From: Pseudobutyrivibrio sp.
GTDB lineage: Bacteria > Bacillota > Clostridia > Lachnospirales > Lachnospiraceae
Assembly: GCA_024693775.1 (NCBI GenBank)
Contig: JAILKL010000068.1
Coordinates: forward strand, 12,938-76,937
DNA length: 64,000 nucleotides
Direction of reading: 5' to 3'
Positions within the stretch are counted from its first letter, which is position 1; every line of letters starts with the position of its first letter. The notes under the pieces are model-generated. The model saw only the letters and a program-made list of their open reading frames with translations, did no database searches and was not told the DNA's origin. Below are positions 17,879 to 27,903 of this stretch, piece by piece. Both the position numbers and the translations under genes were made by a program.

Positions 17879-18895
17879 ATGGGCACAATACGAGAAATGA
17901 TTGAGCAGATGGAGCGTGAAACACTTAGCCCTTATGCTACGCTCAACGAAAATTCACGTGGTCGTGCGGTCGACGAGCCACAGTGCGATATTAGACCATT
18001 GTTTCAGCGAGACAGAGATAGAATTCTTCACAGCAAAGCGTTCCGCAGACTGAAGAATAAAACGCAGGTTTTTCTTACTCCTCAGGGTGATCACTACAGG
18101 ACAAGATTATCTCACACGTTAGAAGTTTCACAGAATGCCAGAACAATAGCCAAGGCCCTCAGATTAAATGAGGATTTGGTAGAGGCTATTGCGCTTGGAC
18201 ATGACCTAGGGCACACACCCTTTGGCCATGCAGGAGAGGCACAGTTAAACGACATGTGCTCTACTGGGTTTGTGCATTCTGAGCAGAGCGTGCGTATTGT
18301 TGAGAAGCTAGAAAAGGGTGGTCAGGGTCTCAATCTTACCTGGGAGGTTATTGATGGTATTAGAAATCATCAGACCAGTGGACATCCGTCCACACCGGAG
18401 GGGCAGATTGTTAGACTTTCAGACAAGATTGCCTATGTAAATAGTGATATTGATGATGCTATCAGAGCACAGATTCTTACAGAAGAGGATATTCCTATGA
18501 GTGTTCGAAGAACTCTTGGAATGACTTCAGCTGTGAGACTGGATACGCTTATTCATGATGTTATTATTTCCAGCCAGGATAGCCCTGTGATTAAAATGTC
18601 TCCAGATATAGAGCAGGCCATGTCAGAGCTTAGAGCCTTCCTTTTTGCCAATGTATACAAGGATTCAATTGCAAAGGTCGAGGAAGTAAAAGCAAAGCGT
18701 ATGATTAGAGAGCTCTACGAGTATTACACTTATCATTTTAATGAGCTGCCAGATAGATATAGAGCAATGGAAGAGGAGGGAACTTCTCAGGAAAGAATCA
18801 TTTGCGATTATATTTCAGGTATGACAGATCAGTATTGCATTACTAAATTTAATGAATACTTTATGCCAAAAGCATGGGTAGTAGACGGATTTTAA
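17879..18895 (+). CDS. dgt: Deoxyguanosinetriphosphate triphosphohydrolase (HD domain)
   Basis: FQRDRDRILHSKAFRRLKNKTQVF, RTRLSH, HDLGHTPFGHAGE; ATG after GGGAGG. Confidence 0.9.
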   Translation: MGTIREMIEQMERETLSPYATLNENSRGRAVDEPQCDIRPLFQRDRDRILHSKAFRRLKNKTQVFLTPQGDHYRTRLSHTLEVSQNARTIAKALRLNEDLVEAIALGHDLGHTPFGHAGEAQLNDMCSTGFVHSEQSVRIVEKLEKGGQGLNLTWEVIDGIRNHQTSGHPSTPEGQIVRLSDKIAYVNSDIDDAIRAQILTEEDIPMSVRRTLGMTSAVRLDTLIHDVIISSQDSPVIKMSPDIEQAMSELRAFLFANVYKDSIAKVEEVKAKRMIRELYEYYTYHFNELPDRYRAMEEEGTSQERIICDYISGMTDQYCITKFNEYFMPKAWVVDGF

Positions 18896-18915
18896 GTTAC
18901 AACTAGGGAGAAATA

Positions 18916-20688
18916 ATGCCTTTTTATTCAGATGATATTATCGAAGAGGTTCGATCTAGAACCGATATTGTCGATGTTATCTCGCAATATGTTAATTTAC
19001 AAAAAAAAGGAAGCCAATATTTTGGTTTATGTCCTTTTCATAACGAAAAAACTGGTTCCTTCTCAGTGAGCCCACAAAAGCAAATGTATTATTGCTTTGG
19101 TTGTGGCGCTGGTGGAAATGTCTTTAGCTTTTTGATGGCCTATGAAAACATGACCTTCAAAGAAGCCGTTGAGGAGCTGGCGCCTAAATGTGGTGTTACA
19201 TTGCCTCAGCGTGAGATGACCTATCAGGAGAGAGCCAGAGCTGACAAAAGAAGTCGATTATTCGAAATAAATAAAGAAGCGGCAGCATATTATTTTAAAA
19301 TGCTTCGCTCTGATGCTGGCACAAAGGCCATGGAATATTTCACTAATCGACAGTTAACTCATGATACACTTCACAAGTTCGGTTTGGGATGTACCAGCAA
19401 ATATTCTGATTCCTTATACAAGTATCTTCGCAGCAAGGGATACGAGGATGAGATTTTAAAGGATAGTGGTCTGGTTACCATTGACGAAAAACGAGGTGGT
19501 CATGACAAGTTTTGGAATAGAGCAATGTTTCCTATATTCGATGCCAATGGAAAGGTAGTGGCCTTCGGTGGTCGAGTTATGGGAGAGGGAGAGCCCAAAT
19601 ATCTAAACTCTCCTGAAACAGAGATTTTTAACAAATCAAAAACATTGTTTGGATTATATTTTGCTAGAAAGACCAGACGTGAGCAATTCATTTTGTGTGA
19701 GGGATATATGGATGTTATCTCTTTACACCAGGCTGGTTTTGATAATGCGGTGGCATCGCTTGGTACAGCTCTTACAGAGGGGCATGCCGGTATGCTAAAG
19801 CGATACGTCAAGGATGTTTACTTGAGTTATGACTCAGATGGCGCCGGTCAAAAGGCTGCTCTTAGAGCAATACCAATCCTTAAAAATGCCGGTATTTCAT
19901 GTCGTATCATAAACATGAGTCCATACAAGGACCCTGATGAATTTATAAAAGCACTTGGCGCTGAGGAATACGAAAAGCGTATCCAGAATGCAGAGAATAG
20001 CTTTATGTATCAGGTTCGTATGGCTGAAAAAAATTACGATATGACAGACCCTGAGAAAAAGTCAGATTTCCAAAAGCATGTGGCACATATGATTGTCTCT
20101 GAATTTTCTACTCAGCTAGAAAGAGAAAATTACACAGAGTCAGTTGCAGCCAGATTTAATATTCCAAAGGATGCTTTAAAGAAATATATTATCGAGCTAG
20201 GACAATCGGGCATCACTACTTCTAGAGATAGAAATACAGAATCAAAGGAAGCAAAGCTGCAAAAGAACCGTGCTGATGATGGCATGAAGATGTCACAGAG
20301 GCTGTTACTTACCTGGCTTGTAGAGGATGCAAGCATTTATCCAAAGATAAATACCTACATCTCAGCAAACGATTTTGAAGATGGTGTCTATAAAACCGTC
20401 GCCACAGAGGTGCTTTTGGCTTATGAACAGGGCACAGCAGTGGATACAGCCAAAATCGTAGATATGTTTATGGAGGACGAAGACAGAAAAACTGTCGCAG
20501 CCCTTTTCAATACAACTGTGGGTGAGCTCACAAATAGTATGGATCGAAGCAAGGCTTTAAAAGAAACATTGCTTCGCATAAAGAAAAACTCTCTTGAGCA
20601 GGCTCAGAAACATGGTTCTGACCTAAAGAGTCTTGTTGAGGGAAAGAAAACACTACAGCGTCTTGAACGCCTGGAGATTTCATTATAG
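18916..20688 (+). CDS. dnaG: DNA primase
   Basis: CPFH...CFGC zinc finger, KYLNSPET, EGYMD, YDSD, KDPD. Confidence 0.97.
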   Translation: MPFYSDDIIEEVRSRTDIVDVISQYVNLQKKGSQYFGLCPFHNEKTGSFSVSPQKQMYYCFGCGAGGNVFSFLMAYENMTFKEAVEELAPKCGVTLPQREMTYQERARADKRSRLFEINKEAAAYYFKMLRSDAGTKAMEYFTNRQLTHDTLHKFGLGCTSKYSDSLYKYLRSKGYEDEILKDSGLVTIDEKRGGHDKFWNRAMFPIFDANGKVVAFGGRVMGEGEPKYLNSPETEIFNKSKTLFGLYFARKTRREQFILCEGYMDVISLHQAGFDNAVASLGTALTEGHAGMLKRYVKDVYLSYDSDGAGQKAALRAIPILKNAGISCRIINMSPYKDPDEFIKALGAEEYEKRIQNAENSFMYQVRMAEKNYDMTDPEKKSDFQKHVAHMIVSEFSTQLERENYTESVAARFNIPKDALKKYIIELGQSGITTSRDRNTESKEAKLQKNRADDGMKMSQRLLLTWLVEDASIYPKINTYISANDFEDGVYKTVATEVLLAYEQGTAVDTAKIVDMFMEDEDRKTVAALFNTTVGELTNSMDRSKALKETLLRIKKNSLEQAQKHGSDLKSLVEGKKTLQRLERLEISL

Positions 20689-20700
20689 AAAGGATTAAAA

Positions 20701-22095
20701 ATGGCAAAGAAGAAAGTTGATGAATTAATCGAAGAAGGAGACCTTAAGGCAGCTGCTGATGCGTTTTTAGCAAACGCAGAGGAAGATGAGACAGAAGAAG
20801 CTGAAGAGGAAAAAGATGTAGATATGTCATCTCTCGAGGAAATCGCAGAAGAAGATCTCGATTTCAAGGAGACAGATTTTGATAACATCGATGTTACAGA
20901 AGAAGATGATGATATGGATGAATTCCTTGCATCCGTTGGCGCAAAGTCAGGTTCATCATCAGATGACAGTGATATGGATGATGATGACGATGATGTAGAT
21001 TCATTTGGTAGCGATGAGCTTGATAGCAAGGTTGCTGAGCTTATCAAAATCGCAAAGTCTCAGAAGAGCATCATCGAGGATTACGAGATTACAGAGTTCT
21101 TAAAGGATTACAAGATCGATGCAAAGCAGATGGAAAGAATCCTTTCTCATCTCGATAGAAAGGGCATCGATGTAAACTTCTCGTCAGGCCCTTCAGATGC
21201 ATTACTTTTAGCATCAGAGGAAGAGGATTCAGACGATATTGATATGTCTGTTCCAGATTCAGTATCTATCGAGGATCCTGTACGTATGTACCTCAAGGAA
21301 ATCGGTAAGGTACCACTTCTTTCAGCAGATGAAGAGGTAGAGCTTGCACAGAGAATGGAAGAGGGAGACCAGGAAGCAAAGAATAAGCTTGCTGAGGCAA
21401 ACCTTCGTCTTGTAGTTTCTATTGCAAAGCGTTATGTAGGTCGTGGTATGCTTTTCCTTGATCTTATCCAGGAGGGTAACCTTGGTCTTATGAAGGCTGT
21501 AGAAAAGTTCGATTATCATAAGGGATACAAGTTCTCAACATACGCTACATGGTGGATTCGTCAGGCAATCACACGTGCTATCGCTGATCAGGCCCGTACA
21601 ATTCGTATTCCAGTACATATGGTAGAGACTATCAACAAATTAATCAGAGTTTCTAGACAGTTACTACAGGAGTATGGCCGCGAACCAACTCCAGAGGAGA
21701 TTGCTACAGCAATGGGCATCACAGTAGATCGTGTTCATGAGATTCTCAAGATTTCTCAGGAGCCAGTTTCACTTGAGACACCTATCGGTGAGGAGGAAGA
21801 TAGCCATTTAGGAGATTTCCTTCCAGACGAAAACGTGCCAGTTCCTGCTGAGGCAGCAACATTTACATTATTAAAGGAGCAGCTTCAGGAAGTGCTTGGA
21901 ACACTTACAGAGCGTGAGCAGAGAGTACTTATCCTTAGATTCGGTCTTGAGGATGGAAAGGCTCGTACACTTGAGGAGGTTGGAAAGGAATTCAACGTAA
22001 CTCGTGAGCGTATTCGTCAGATCGAAGCAAAGGCTCTTAGAAAGCTTCGTCATCCTAGCCGCAGTAGAAAGCTCAAGGATTACTTAGATCAGTAA
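20701..22095 (+). CDS. rpoD: RNA polymerase primary sigma factor
   Basis: [42 protein letters not shown]. Confidence 0.97.
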   Translation: MAKKKVDELIEEGDLKAAADAFLANAEEDETEEAEEEKDVDMSSLEEIAEEDLDFKETDFDNIDVTEEDDDMDEFLASVGAKSGSSSDDSDMDDDDDDVDSFGSDELDSKVAELIKIAKSQKSIIEDYEITEFLKDYKIDAKQMERILSHLDRKGIDVNFSSGPSDALLLASEEEDSDDIDMSVPDSVSIEDPVRMYLKEIGKVPLLSADEEVELAQRMEEGDQEAKNKLAEANLRLVVSIAKRYVGRGMLFLDLIQEGNLGLMKAVEKFDYHKGYKFSTYATWWIRQAITRAIADQARTIRIPVHMVETINKLIRVSRQLLQEYGREPTPEEIATAMGITVDRVHEILKISQEPVSLETPIGEEEDSHLGDFLPDENVPVPAEAATFTLLKEQLQEVLGTLTEREQRVLILRFGLEDGKARTLEEVGKEFNVTRERIRQIEAKALRKLRHPSRSRKLKDYLDQ

Positions 22096-22121
22096 AGGTT
22101 ACTTAAAATATTCATAAATAG

Positions 22122-22844
22122 ATGATAAAATTATCGAATAGATTACAAATAGTATATGATATGGTTGATGTCTGCGATACTGTCGCAGATGTCGGCTGTG
22201 ATCATGGCTATCTTTCAATGGCCTTGATCGAAAATGGCATTGCTAAAAGAGCTATTGCCATGGATGTAAACAAAGGTCCGCTACAGGTTGCAAAGGAAAA
22301 TGTTCTTGCTGCAAACTTGGCGGATAGATTTGATTTTAGGCTCTCTGATGGAGTGGCTGCGCTCTCAGCAAATGAGGCTCAGGTTATTTGTATATGCGGC
22401 ATGGGAGGGGCTCTCATTAAACGTATTATGGATGCGGGGCTAGCTGTTCTAAAGGAGGCTTCTTCTATTATTATTGAGCCACAGTCCGAATATTATCCAT
22501 TGAGAAAGTTTTTAATGGATTCAGGATTTGTGATTGATGATGAGACACTCACCACTGAGGAAAACAAAATTTATCCAATTATAAAGCTTCATTATGAAAT
22601 TGATTCTTCAAAGAGAGTTTCCTATGAAGATTATGAATTGGAATATGGACCTTGGGTTATTAAAAATAATCCAGAATTATTAACTACATTACTTAATAAA
22701 AATAGCTTAGAGTATCAGGAAATTATTTCTAATCTAAAATCTAGATTAGAGACTTCAAAAGGAAGCGAAGCTATTGAAAAACGTATAGGGGAATTAACCT
22801 ATCAATTAGAACTGATTGATAAGGTAAAAAATACAATTAAGTAA
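22122..22844 (+). CDS. trmK: tRNA (adenine22-N1)-methyltransferase
   Basis: ADVGCDHGYL, CGMGG; conserved position after rpoD. Confidence 0.9.
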   Translation: MIKLSNRLQIVYDMVDVCDTVADVGCDHGYLSMALIENGIAKRAIAMDVNKGPLQVAKENVLAANLADRFDFRLSDGVAALSANEAQVICICGMGGALIKRIMDAGLAVLKEASSIIIEPQSEYYPLRKFLMDSGFVIDDETLTTEENKIYPIIKLHYEIDSSKRVSYEDYELEYGPWVIKNNPELLTTLLNKNSLEYQEIISNLKSRLETSKGSEAIEKRIGELTYQLELIDKVKNTIK

Positions 22845-22864
22845 GACTTGGAGGAGGTAGTAAT

Positions 22865-24529
22865 ATGGCTAAGGTTATTATTAACGGAAATGAAGAGACT
22901 TATGAAGATGGTGTAATGCTTACAACCATAGCCCAGGCTCATCAGAGTGAGTACGAGGATGATATTGTCCTAGCCACTTACAAAGGAAAGCTTACAGAGC
23001 TGCACAAGGCTGTTTCAGGGGTTGGAACTCTGGAGTTTTTGACCACCGCTGATAAATCTGGCCGTAGAGCTTATAGACGAAGCGTAGTATTTTTGCTTCA
23101 AAGAGCTCTTATGGATATGTATCCACTACCTCTAAATCCATATCTTAGAGTAGAGCATTCTTTGGGTCAGGGTGATTTTTGCACCATCGAGGGTGTAGGG
23201 GAAATCACCGAGGATAATCTTAAAGACCTAAAGAAGATTATGCTTGATCTTGTAGATCAGGATATTGTTCTTAAAAAATATTCTATAAAAACAGATCAGG
23301 CAAAGGAGATGTTCCATAGCTTCAATATGAAGGACAAGGAAAATCTTCTTAAATATAGAACCAGTTCAAATATTAATGTGTATGATTTAGATGGCTGCAT
23401 CGACTATTTCTATGGTTATATGGTTCCATCAACAAAATATCTTAGATATTTTGATTTGTTAAAATTTGAAAATGGTTTTATGCTAATGTTCCCTACAGCA
23501 ACAAAGCTAGATGGTGATACACGCACAGTAGCTGAATTCACCAGACCTATGAAGCTATTTTCTATTCAGCAGGCAGCTTCAAAGTTTGGCGAGACCATGG
23601 GAGTGCCTACTGTAGGCGCCTTAAACGAGGCTATAGCAAATGGCCGAATAAAAGACATAGTTCTTTCCCAGGAAGCCATTATGGAGCGTAAAATCGGCGA
23701 TTTGGCCAAAACAATTGCTGACAATAAAGATGTAAAATTTGTAATGATGGCAGGTCCATCATCCTCAGGAAAGACCACCTTTTCACATAAGCTTTCCGCT
23801 CAGCTTAGAGCACTAGGCTGCGTGCCACATCCTGTTCCACTAGACGATTTTTATTTAAATCGGGATCAGATGCCTATAGATGAGTTTGGTGAAAGAGATT
23901 TTGAGTCTATTGAGTGCTTAGATGTGGATTACTTCAATGATTGCATGGTCAAAATGTTGAAAGGTGAGCGAGTTTTACTTCCATCCTTCAATTTTAAGAC
24001 AGGCAAAAGAGAGTATCATGACAATTACAAGCAGCTTGGAAAAAATGATATTCTTGTTATTGAAGGAATACATGGATTAAATGACCAAATGAGTAGCGCT
24101 TTGCCTAGTGAATCAAAATACAAGATTTATCTGTCAGCGCTGACACAGCTTTCTATAGATGAACACAATCCATTATCTACAACTGATGGTAGACTGATTC
24201 GAAGAATCGTCAGAGACTCCAGAACCAGAGCAACATCGGCCGCAGATACCATTGCAATGTGGGATTCTGTTAGACGTGGAGAAGAAAAGTATATCTTCCC
24301 ATTCCAGGAAAAAGCGGATTATTTGTTTAATACTGCTTTAATTTATGAGATGGCTGTGTTAAAGTTATATGTGGATCCGCAGTTGTATGCAATTGAGCCA
24401 GATCATCCAATGTATCCTGAGGCAAAGCGCCTTATAAAGCTTTTGGATTATTTCTTGCCAATGGCACCAGATGTTATTCCAAACAATTCACTTGTAAGAG
24501 AGTTTATTGGTGGCAGCTGCATCTTATAA
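22865..24529 (+). CDS. Nucleoside/uridine kinase family protein with ThrRS-like N-terminal domain
   Basis: AGPSSSGKTT, LDDF, IEGIHGLN, RRIVRD. Confidence 0.85.
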   Translation: MAKVIINGNEETYEDGVMLTTIAQAHQSEYEDDIVLATYKGKLTELHKAVSGVGTLEFLTTADKSGRRAYRRSVVFLLQRALMDMYPLPLNPYLRVEHSLGQGDFCTIEGVGEITEDNLKDLKKIMLDLVDQDIVLKKYSIKTDQAKEMFHSFNMKDKENLLKYRTSSNINVYDLDGCIDYFYGYMVPSTKYLRYFDLLKFENGFMLMFPTATKLDGDTRTVAEFTRPMKLFSIQQAASKFGETMGVPTVGALNEAIANGRIKDIVLSQEAIMERKIGDLAKTIADNKDVKFVMMAGPSSSGKTTFSHKLSAQLRALGCVPHPVPLDDFYLNRDQMPIDEFGERDFESIECLDVDYFNDCMVKMLKGERVLLPSFNFKTGKREYHDNYKQLGKNDILVIEGIHGLNDQMSSALPSESKYKIYLSALTQLSIDEHNPLSTTDGRLIRRIVRDSRTRATSAADTIAMWDSVRRGEEKYIFPFQEKADYLFNTALIYEMAVLKLYVDPQLYAIEPDHPMYPEAKRLIKLLDYFLPMAPDVIPNNSLVREFIGGSCIL

Positions 24530-24548
24530 ATTTAATATTGATATGATT

Positions 24549-24887
24549 GGGTAGGATGAGTAGTCGCTGCTTTAGTTTATCTAAAGGAGAGGAAAGTCCG
24601 GGCTTCACAGGGCATGGATGCCAGTTAACGGCTGGTGGAGGCAACTCCAAGGATAGTGCAACAGAAATATACCGCTTGATTTCGTATCAAGTAAGGGTGG
24701 AAAGGCGGTGTAAGAGACCACCGTCCCATTGGTAACAATGGGAGCCATGTAAACCCCATCCGAAGCAAGTTCTAAAAAGCGCGTACGCGGCCCGCCAGCG
24801 CTAGGTTGAACGCTTGAGGCCATTGGCGACAGTGGTCCTAGATAGATGACTACTTTAAAAGACATAACCCGGCTCACAGTCTTGCCC
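24549..24887 (+). ncRNA. rnpB: RNase P RNA (type A)
   Basis: GAGGAAAGTCCGGGC, AGTGCAACAGAAA, AAACCCC, TAGATAGATG, AACCCGGCT conserved blocks; P1 GGGTAGGAT/GTCTTGCCC. Confidence 0.95.
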
Positions 24888-24896
24888 TTTTATTAT

Positions 24897-24935
24897 AAAA
24901 GCAATCCCCGCTATTTTTAGTGGGGTTATTTTTTT
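24897..24935 (+). terminator. Terminator after rnpB
   Basis: AATCCCCGCTA-tttt-TAGTGGGGTT+T run. Confidence 0.75.
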
Positions 24936-25128
24936 ACAAGTGAAATTGTCAGAAATATTGTGTTATTTAACAAAATAGAAACCTCAAATCAAATTTATGG
25001 TGGGTATTATTAACAAATGTGAACTTTCTGTGTCCTAATTAACAAAATAAGTGTTATAATATGACTATCGGGAGAATATAGGGTTATGGAGGTACTTATT
25101 TATTGATGTTATAGAAGGACGGTGTGAT

Positions 25129-25662
25129 ATGAGTTTTAAAGTAGGCGATTATGTAGTTCATGAGGGTAGTGGTGTTTGTCAGATCGAGGATATTGATGAC
25201 ATGGAGCTTATGGGCAAAGGATCTCGAAAGACCTACTATTGCATGGCACCTGTATACAAGGCAGGGGCAAAGGTATTTACTCCAGTTGATGGTTCATCAG
25301 CTAAGTTGCGTCCAGTGACAGCTTTAGATAAGGTTAATAATATTATTGAACATATCAGTGATATTGATATTATTAATGAATCTAATGACCGAGTTAGACA
25401 GGAAGTATTCAAGGAGACAATGGCGCAGTTTACTATTGAGTCCATGGCTAGTGTTGTAAAGACAGCATTCATCAGAAAGTGCAAGAGAATCGACGCTGGT
25501 AAAAAGGTTATGGCTCAGGATGAAAAGGTCCTTAATGTAGCTGGTAGAAAGCTATACGAAGAGATGGCATTTGCTATGGGATCTGATATCATTGATGCTC
25601 AGAAGAGATTTGAAGATGCTATCATGCAAAACATTTCAAACGGAGCGTTAATAGGCGCATAA
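25129..25662 (+). CDS. CarD/CdnL family transcriptional regulator
   Basis: FKVGDYVVHEGSGVCQI N-terminal RNAP-interacting domain. Confidence 0.85.
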   Translation: MSFKVGDYVVHEGSGVCQIEDIDDMELMGKGSRKTYYCMAPVYKAGAKVFTPVDGSSAKLRPVTALDKVNNIIEHISDIDIINESNDRVRQEVFKETMAQFTIESMASVVKTAFIRKCKRIDAGKKVMAQDEKVLNVAGRKLYEEMAFAMGSDIIDAQKRFEDAIMQNISNGALIGA

Positions 25663-25669
25663 TATTTAT

Positions 25670-26206
25670 ATGAATTTTTCTTACTTAGATTTTAATAAAA
25701 AAGTAAAAAATAATAATGGTCTTGTTACAGCACTGATTATACTGGACAAGGCCATTACTTATTGTACAGTGATTATTTATTTCATATATTTACTATATGG
25801 ATTTAAGAGAATACCAGTGGATGGCGGTACACTTTTATATCGCAGCATTCTTGTTCCTGGCGTTTCTTTTATTATTGTTAGTATTTATAGAAAGGTGCTT
25901 AGTAGTCCTAGGCCATACGAGGTATATGGATTTGCCCCAATTATAGAAAAGGATACTGTAGGTAAGAGCTTTCCTAGCAGACATGTATTTTCTATATTTA
26001 TAATTGCAGTAACAGTTATGCAGTCATCTATTGCTCTGGGGCTGATTATTATGTTTTTTGGATGTGCCCTTGGGTTTATCAGAGTGGCTGGTGGAGTTCA
26101 CTTTATAAAAGACGTAATTGCAGCTGCAATTTTGGCTATTATTATAGGAATTATCTGTTATTTCTTTTTGGGTGGCGTTTTAGGCCTGCTTGTGCTACCA
26201 TTTTAG
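25670..26206 (+). CDS. PAP2 family membrane phosphatase
   Basis: RKxxxxxRP, SFPSRH, RVAGGVHF motifs. Confidence 0.85.
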   Translation: MNFSYLDFNKKVKNNNGLVTALIILDKAITYCTVIIYFIYLLYGFKRIPVDGGTLLYRSILVPGVSFIIVSIYRKVLSSPRPYEVYGFAPIIEKDTVGKSFPSRHVFSIFIIAVTVMQSSIALGLIIMFFGCALGFIRVAGGVHFIKDVIAAAILAIIIGIICYFFLGGVLGLLVLPF

Positions 26207-26232
26207 TATCAAATAAAAATGGGAGACGATAT

Positions 26233-26496
26233 ATGAGAGAAAATGCAAAGAAAGCTATGGCGGTTTTATTTAGCCTTCTTGGCACAGTGCTTGGCCTATA
26301 CATAGGTGGATATTGGTTGTTTGTCAGACCGGTATACTGGTTATTTGTAGGATTTAGGACTGGCACGCTGACCGCCCACATTCTTATCATAAACATAATT
26401 AAAATATTCGTGGCATCCACAGTTGGTGGTGGCATATGGTGCATCTTCGATATTATTGCCAGCCAATTTAGGGATTTACCAGAGGATGATAGTTAA
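26233..26496 (+). CDS. Small membrane protein (87 aa)
   Basis: ATG after GGGAG, hydrophobic helices; followed by a terminator. Confidence 0.65.
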   Translation: MRENAKKAMAVLFSLLGTVLGLYIGGYWLFVRPVYWLFVGFRTGTLTAHILIINIIKIFVASTVGGGIWCIFDIIASQFRDLPEDDS

Positions 26497-26529
26497 GGAC
26501 TTTGATTTTTCAAGGTCCTTTTTATTTTG
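26495..26529 (+). terminator. Intrinsic terminator
   Basis: AAGGACTTTGA-tttt-TCAAGGTCCTT+T run. Confidence 0.75.
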
Positions 26530-26644
26530 ACTGAATTTAACGAATAAATCGAAATTGTCAAAAAATAAACACAGAAAAAACCTATCTGTCAGACTTACAA
26601 TGTGGTAATATTAAATATATTAAACTAGTGGGAGGTATAGTGTG

Positions 26645-27883
26645 ATGAAAGGTAACGTAATTGTCGGACAATCAGGTGGGCCTACTGCGGCTATCAATTC
26701 GTCTTTGGCTGGAGTATATAGAACAGCAAAAGATCGTGGAGCTAAAAAGGTTTATGGTATGCTTCACGGAATAAAGGGACTTATGGAGGAGGAGTACATA
26801 GATTTATCTGATCATATAAAAAATGATTTGGATATTGAATTGCTTAAGCGCACCCCTGCAGCATATTTGGGTTCCTGCAGATTCAAGCTTCCAGAGATTC
26901 ATGAGGATATGGAGACCTATGAAAAGATTTTTGGAATTTTAAAGAAGCTTGATATTGAAGCTCTTATTTACATTGGTGGTAATGATTCTATGGATACCAT
27001 CAAAAAATTATCTGATTATGCAATTCTAACAGGTTCTGATATTAGATTCATTGGTTGTCCAAAAACAATAGATAATGATTTAGCTCTTACTGACCATACA
27101 CCAGGCTATGGTAGTGCAGCTAAATATATAGGTACATCGGTAAAAGAGATAATTCGCGATAGCTACTGCCTTGAATATGACAAAGGCTTAGTTACTATTG
27201 TAGAAATTATGGGTAGAAATGCTGGATGGCTTACAGGCGCATCTATTCTTGCCAAGGGTGAGGATTGCGGCGGTCCTGATTTGATTTATCTTCCAGAGGT
27301 AGATTTTGATATTGATAAATTTAGAGAAAGAGTTGTAAAGCTTTTGGAAACAAAGCCATCAGTAGTCGTATGTATCTCAGAGGGAATACATACAAAAGAG
27401 GGTAAATATGTATGCGAATACAGTGACAATGTTGAATTCGTAGATGCATTTAACCATAAACAGCTTACAGGTACAGCTGCATATCTTTGCAACTATATTC
27501 GTGCAAAGGTAGGCTGCAAAACCAGAGCAATCGAATTATCAACACTTCAAAGAGCTGGATCACATTTAGCATCAAGAGTTGATATTTTAGAGGCATATCA
27601 GGTTGGTGGTGCTGCAGTGCTTGCAGCAGACGAAGGTGATACAGGAAAAATGGTTACACTGTCTAGATTATCTGATGATCCATACCAGTGCAGCACAGAA
27701 GTAAAGGATGTACACAAGATTGCAAATGATGAAAAGCTGGTGCCACGTAATTGGATTACCCATGATGGTGCTCATGTTACAGAAGCATTTATTACATATG
27801 TTAGACCATTAATTCAGGGCGATGTTTCACCTATCATGGTTGATGGTATACCAAGACATATAATTAGACCTACTACAAAATAA
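26645..27883 (+). CDS. pfp: 6-phosphofructokinase, PPi-dependent signature
   Basis: GQSGGP, GGNDS (Asp at position 104), PKTIDND (Lys at 124), MGR. Confidence 0.85.
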   Translation: MKGNVIVGQSGGPTAAINSSLAGVYRTAKDRGAKKVYGMLHGIKGLMEEEYIDLSDHIKNDLDIELLKRTPAAYLGSCRFKLPEIHEDMETYEKIFGILKKLDIEALIYIGGNDSMDTIKKLSDYAILTGSDIRFIGCPKTIDNDLALTDHTPGYGSAAKYIGTSVKEIIRDSYCLEYDKGLVTIVEIMGRNAGWLTGASILAKGEDCGGPDLIYLPEVDFDIDKFRERVVKLLETKPSVVVCISEGIHTKEGKYVCEYSDNVEFVDAFNHKQLTGTAAYLCNYIRAKVGCKTRAIELSTLQRAGSHLASRVDILEAYQVGGAAVLAADEGDTGKMVTLSRLSDDPYQCSTEVKDVHKIANDEKLVPRNWITHDGAHVTEAFITYVRPLIQGDVSPIMVDGIPRHIIRPTTK

Positions 27884-27903
27884 CAAAGTATTAGGAGGGA
27901 AAG

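Noticed and set aside
24547-24877. ORFs 24547-24735 (+) and 24605-24877 (-)
   Set aside because: They lie within the RNase P RNA gene
26062-26232. N-terminal extension of the 26062-26496 ORF
   Set aside because: Overlaps the PAP2 gene out of frame; the RBS supports ATG 26233
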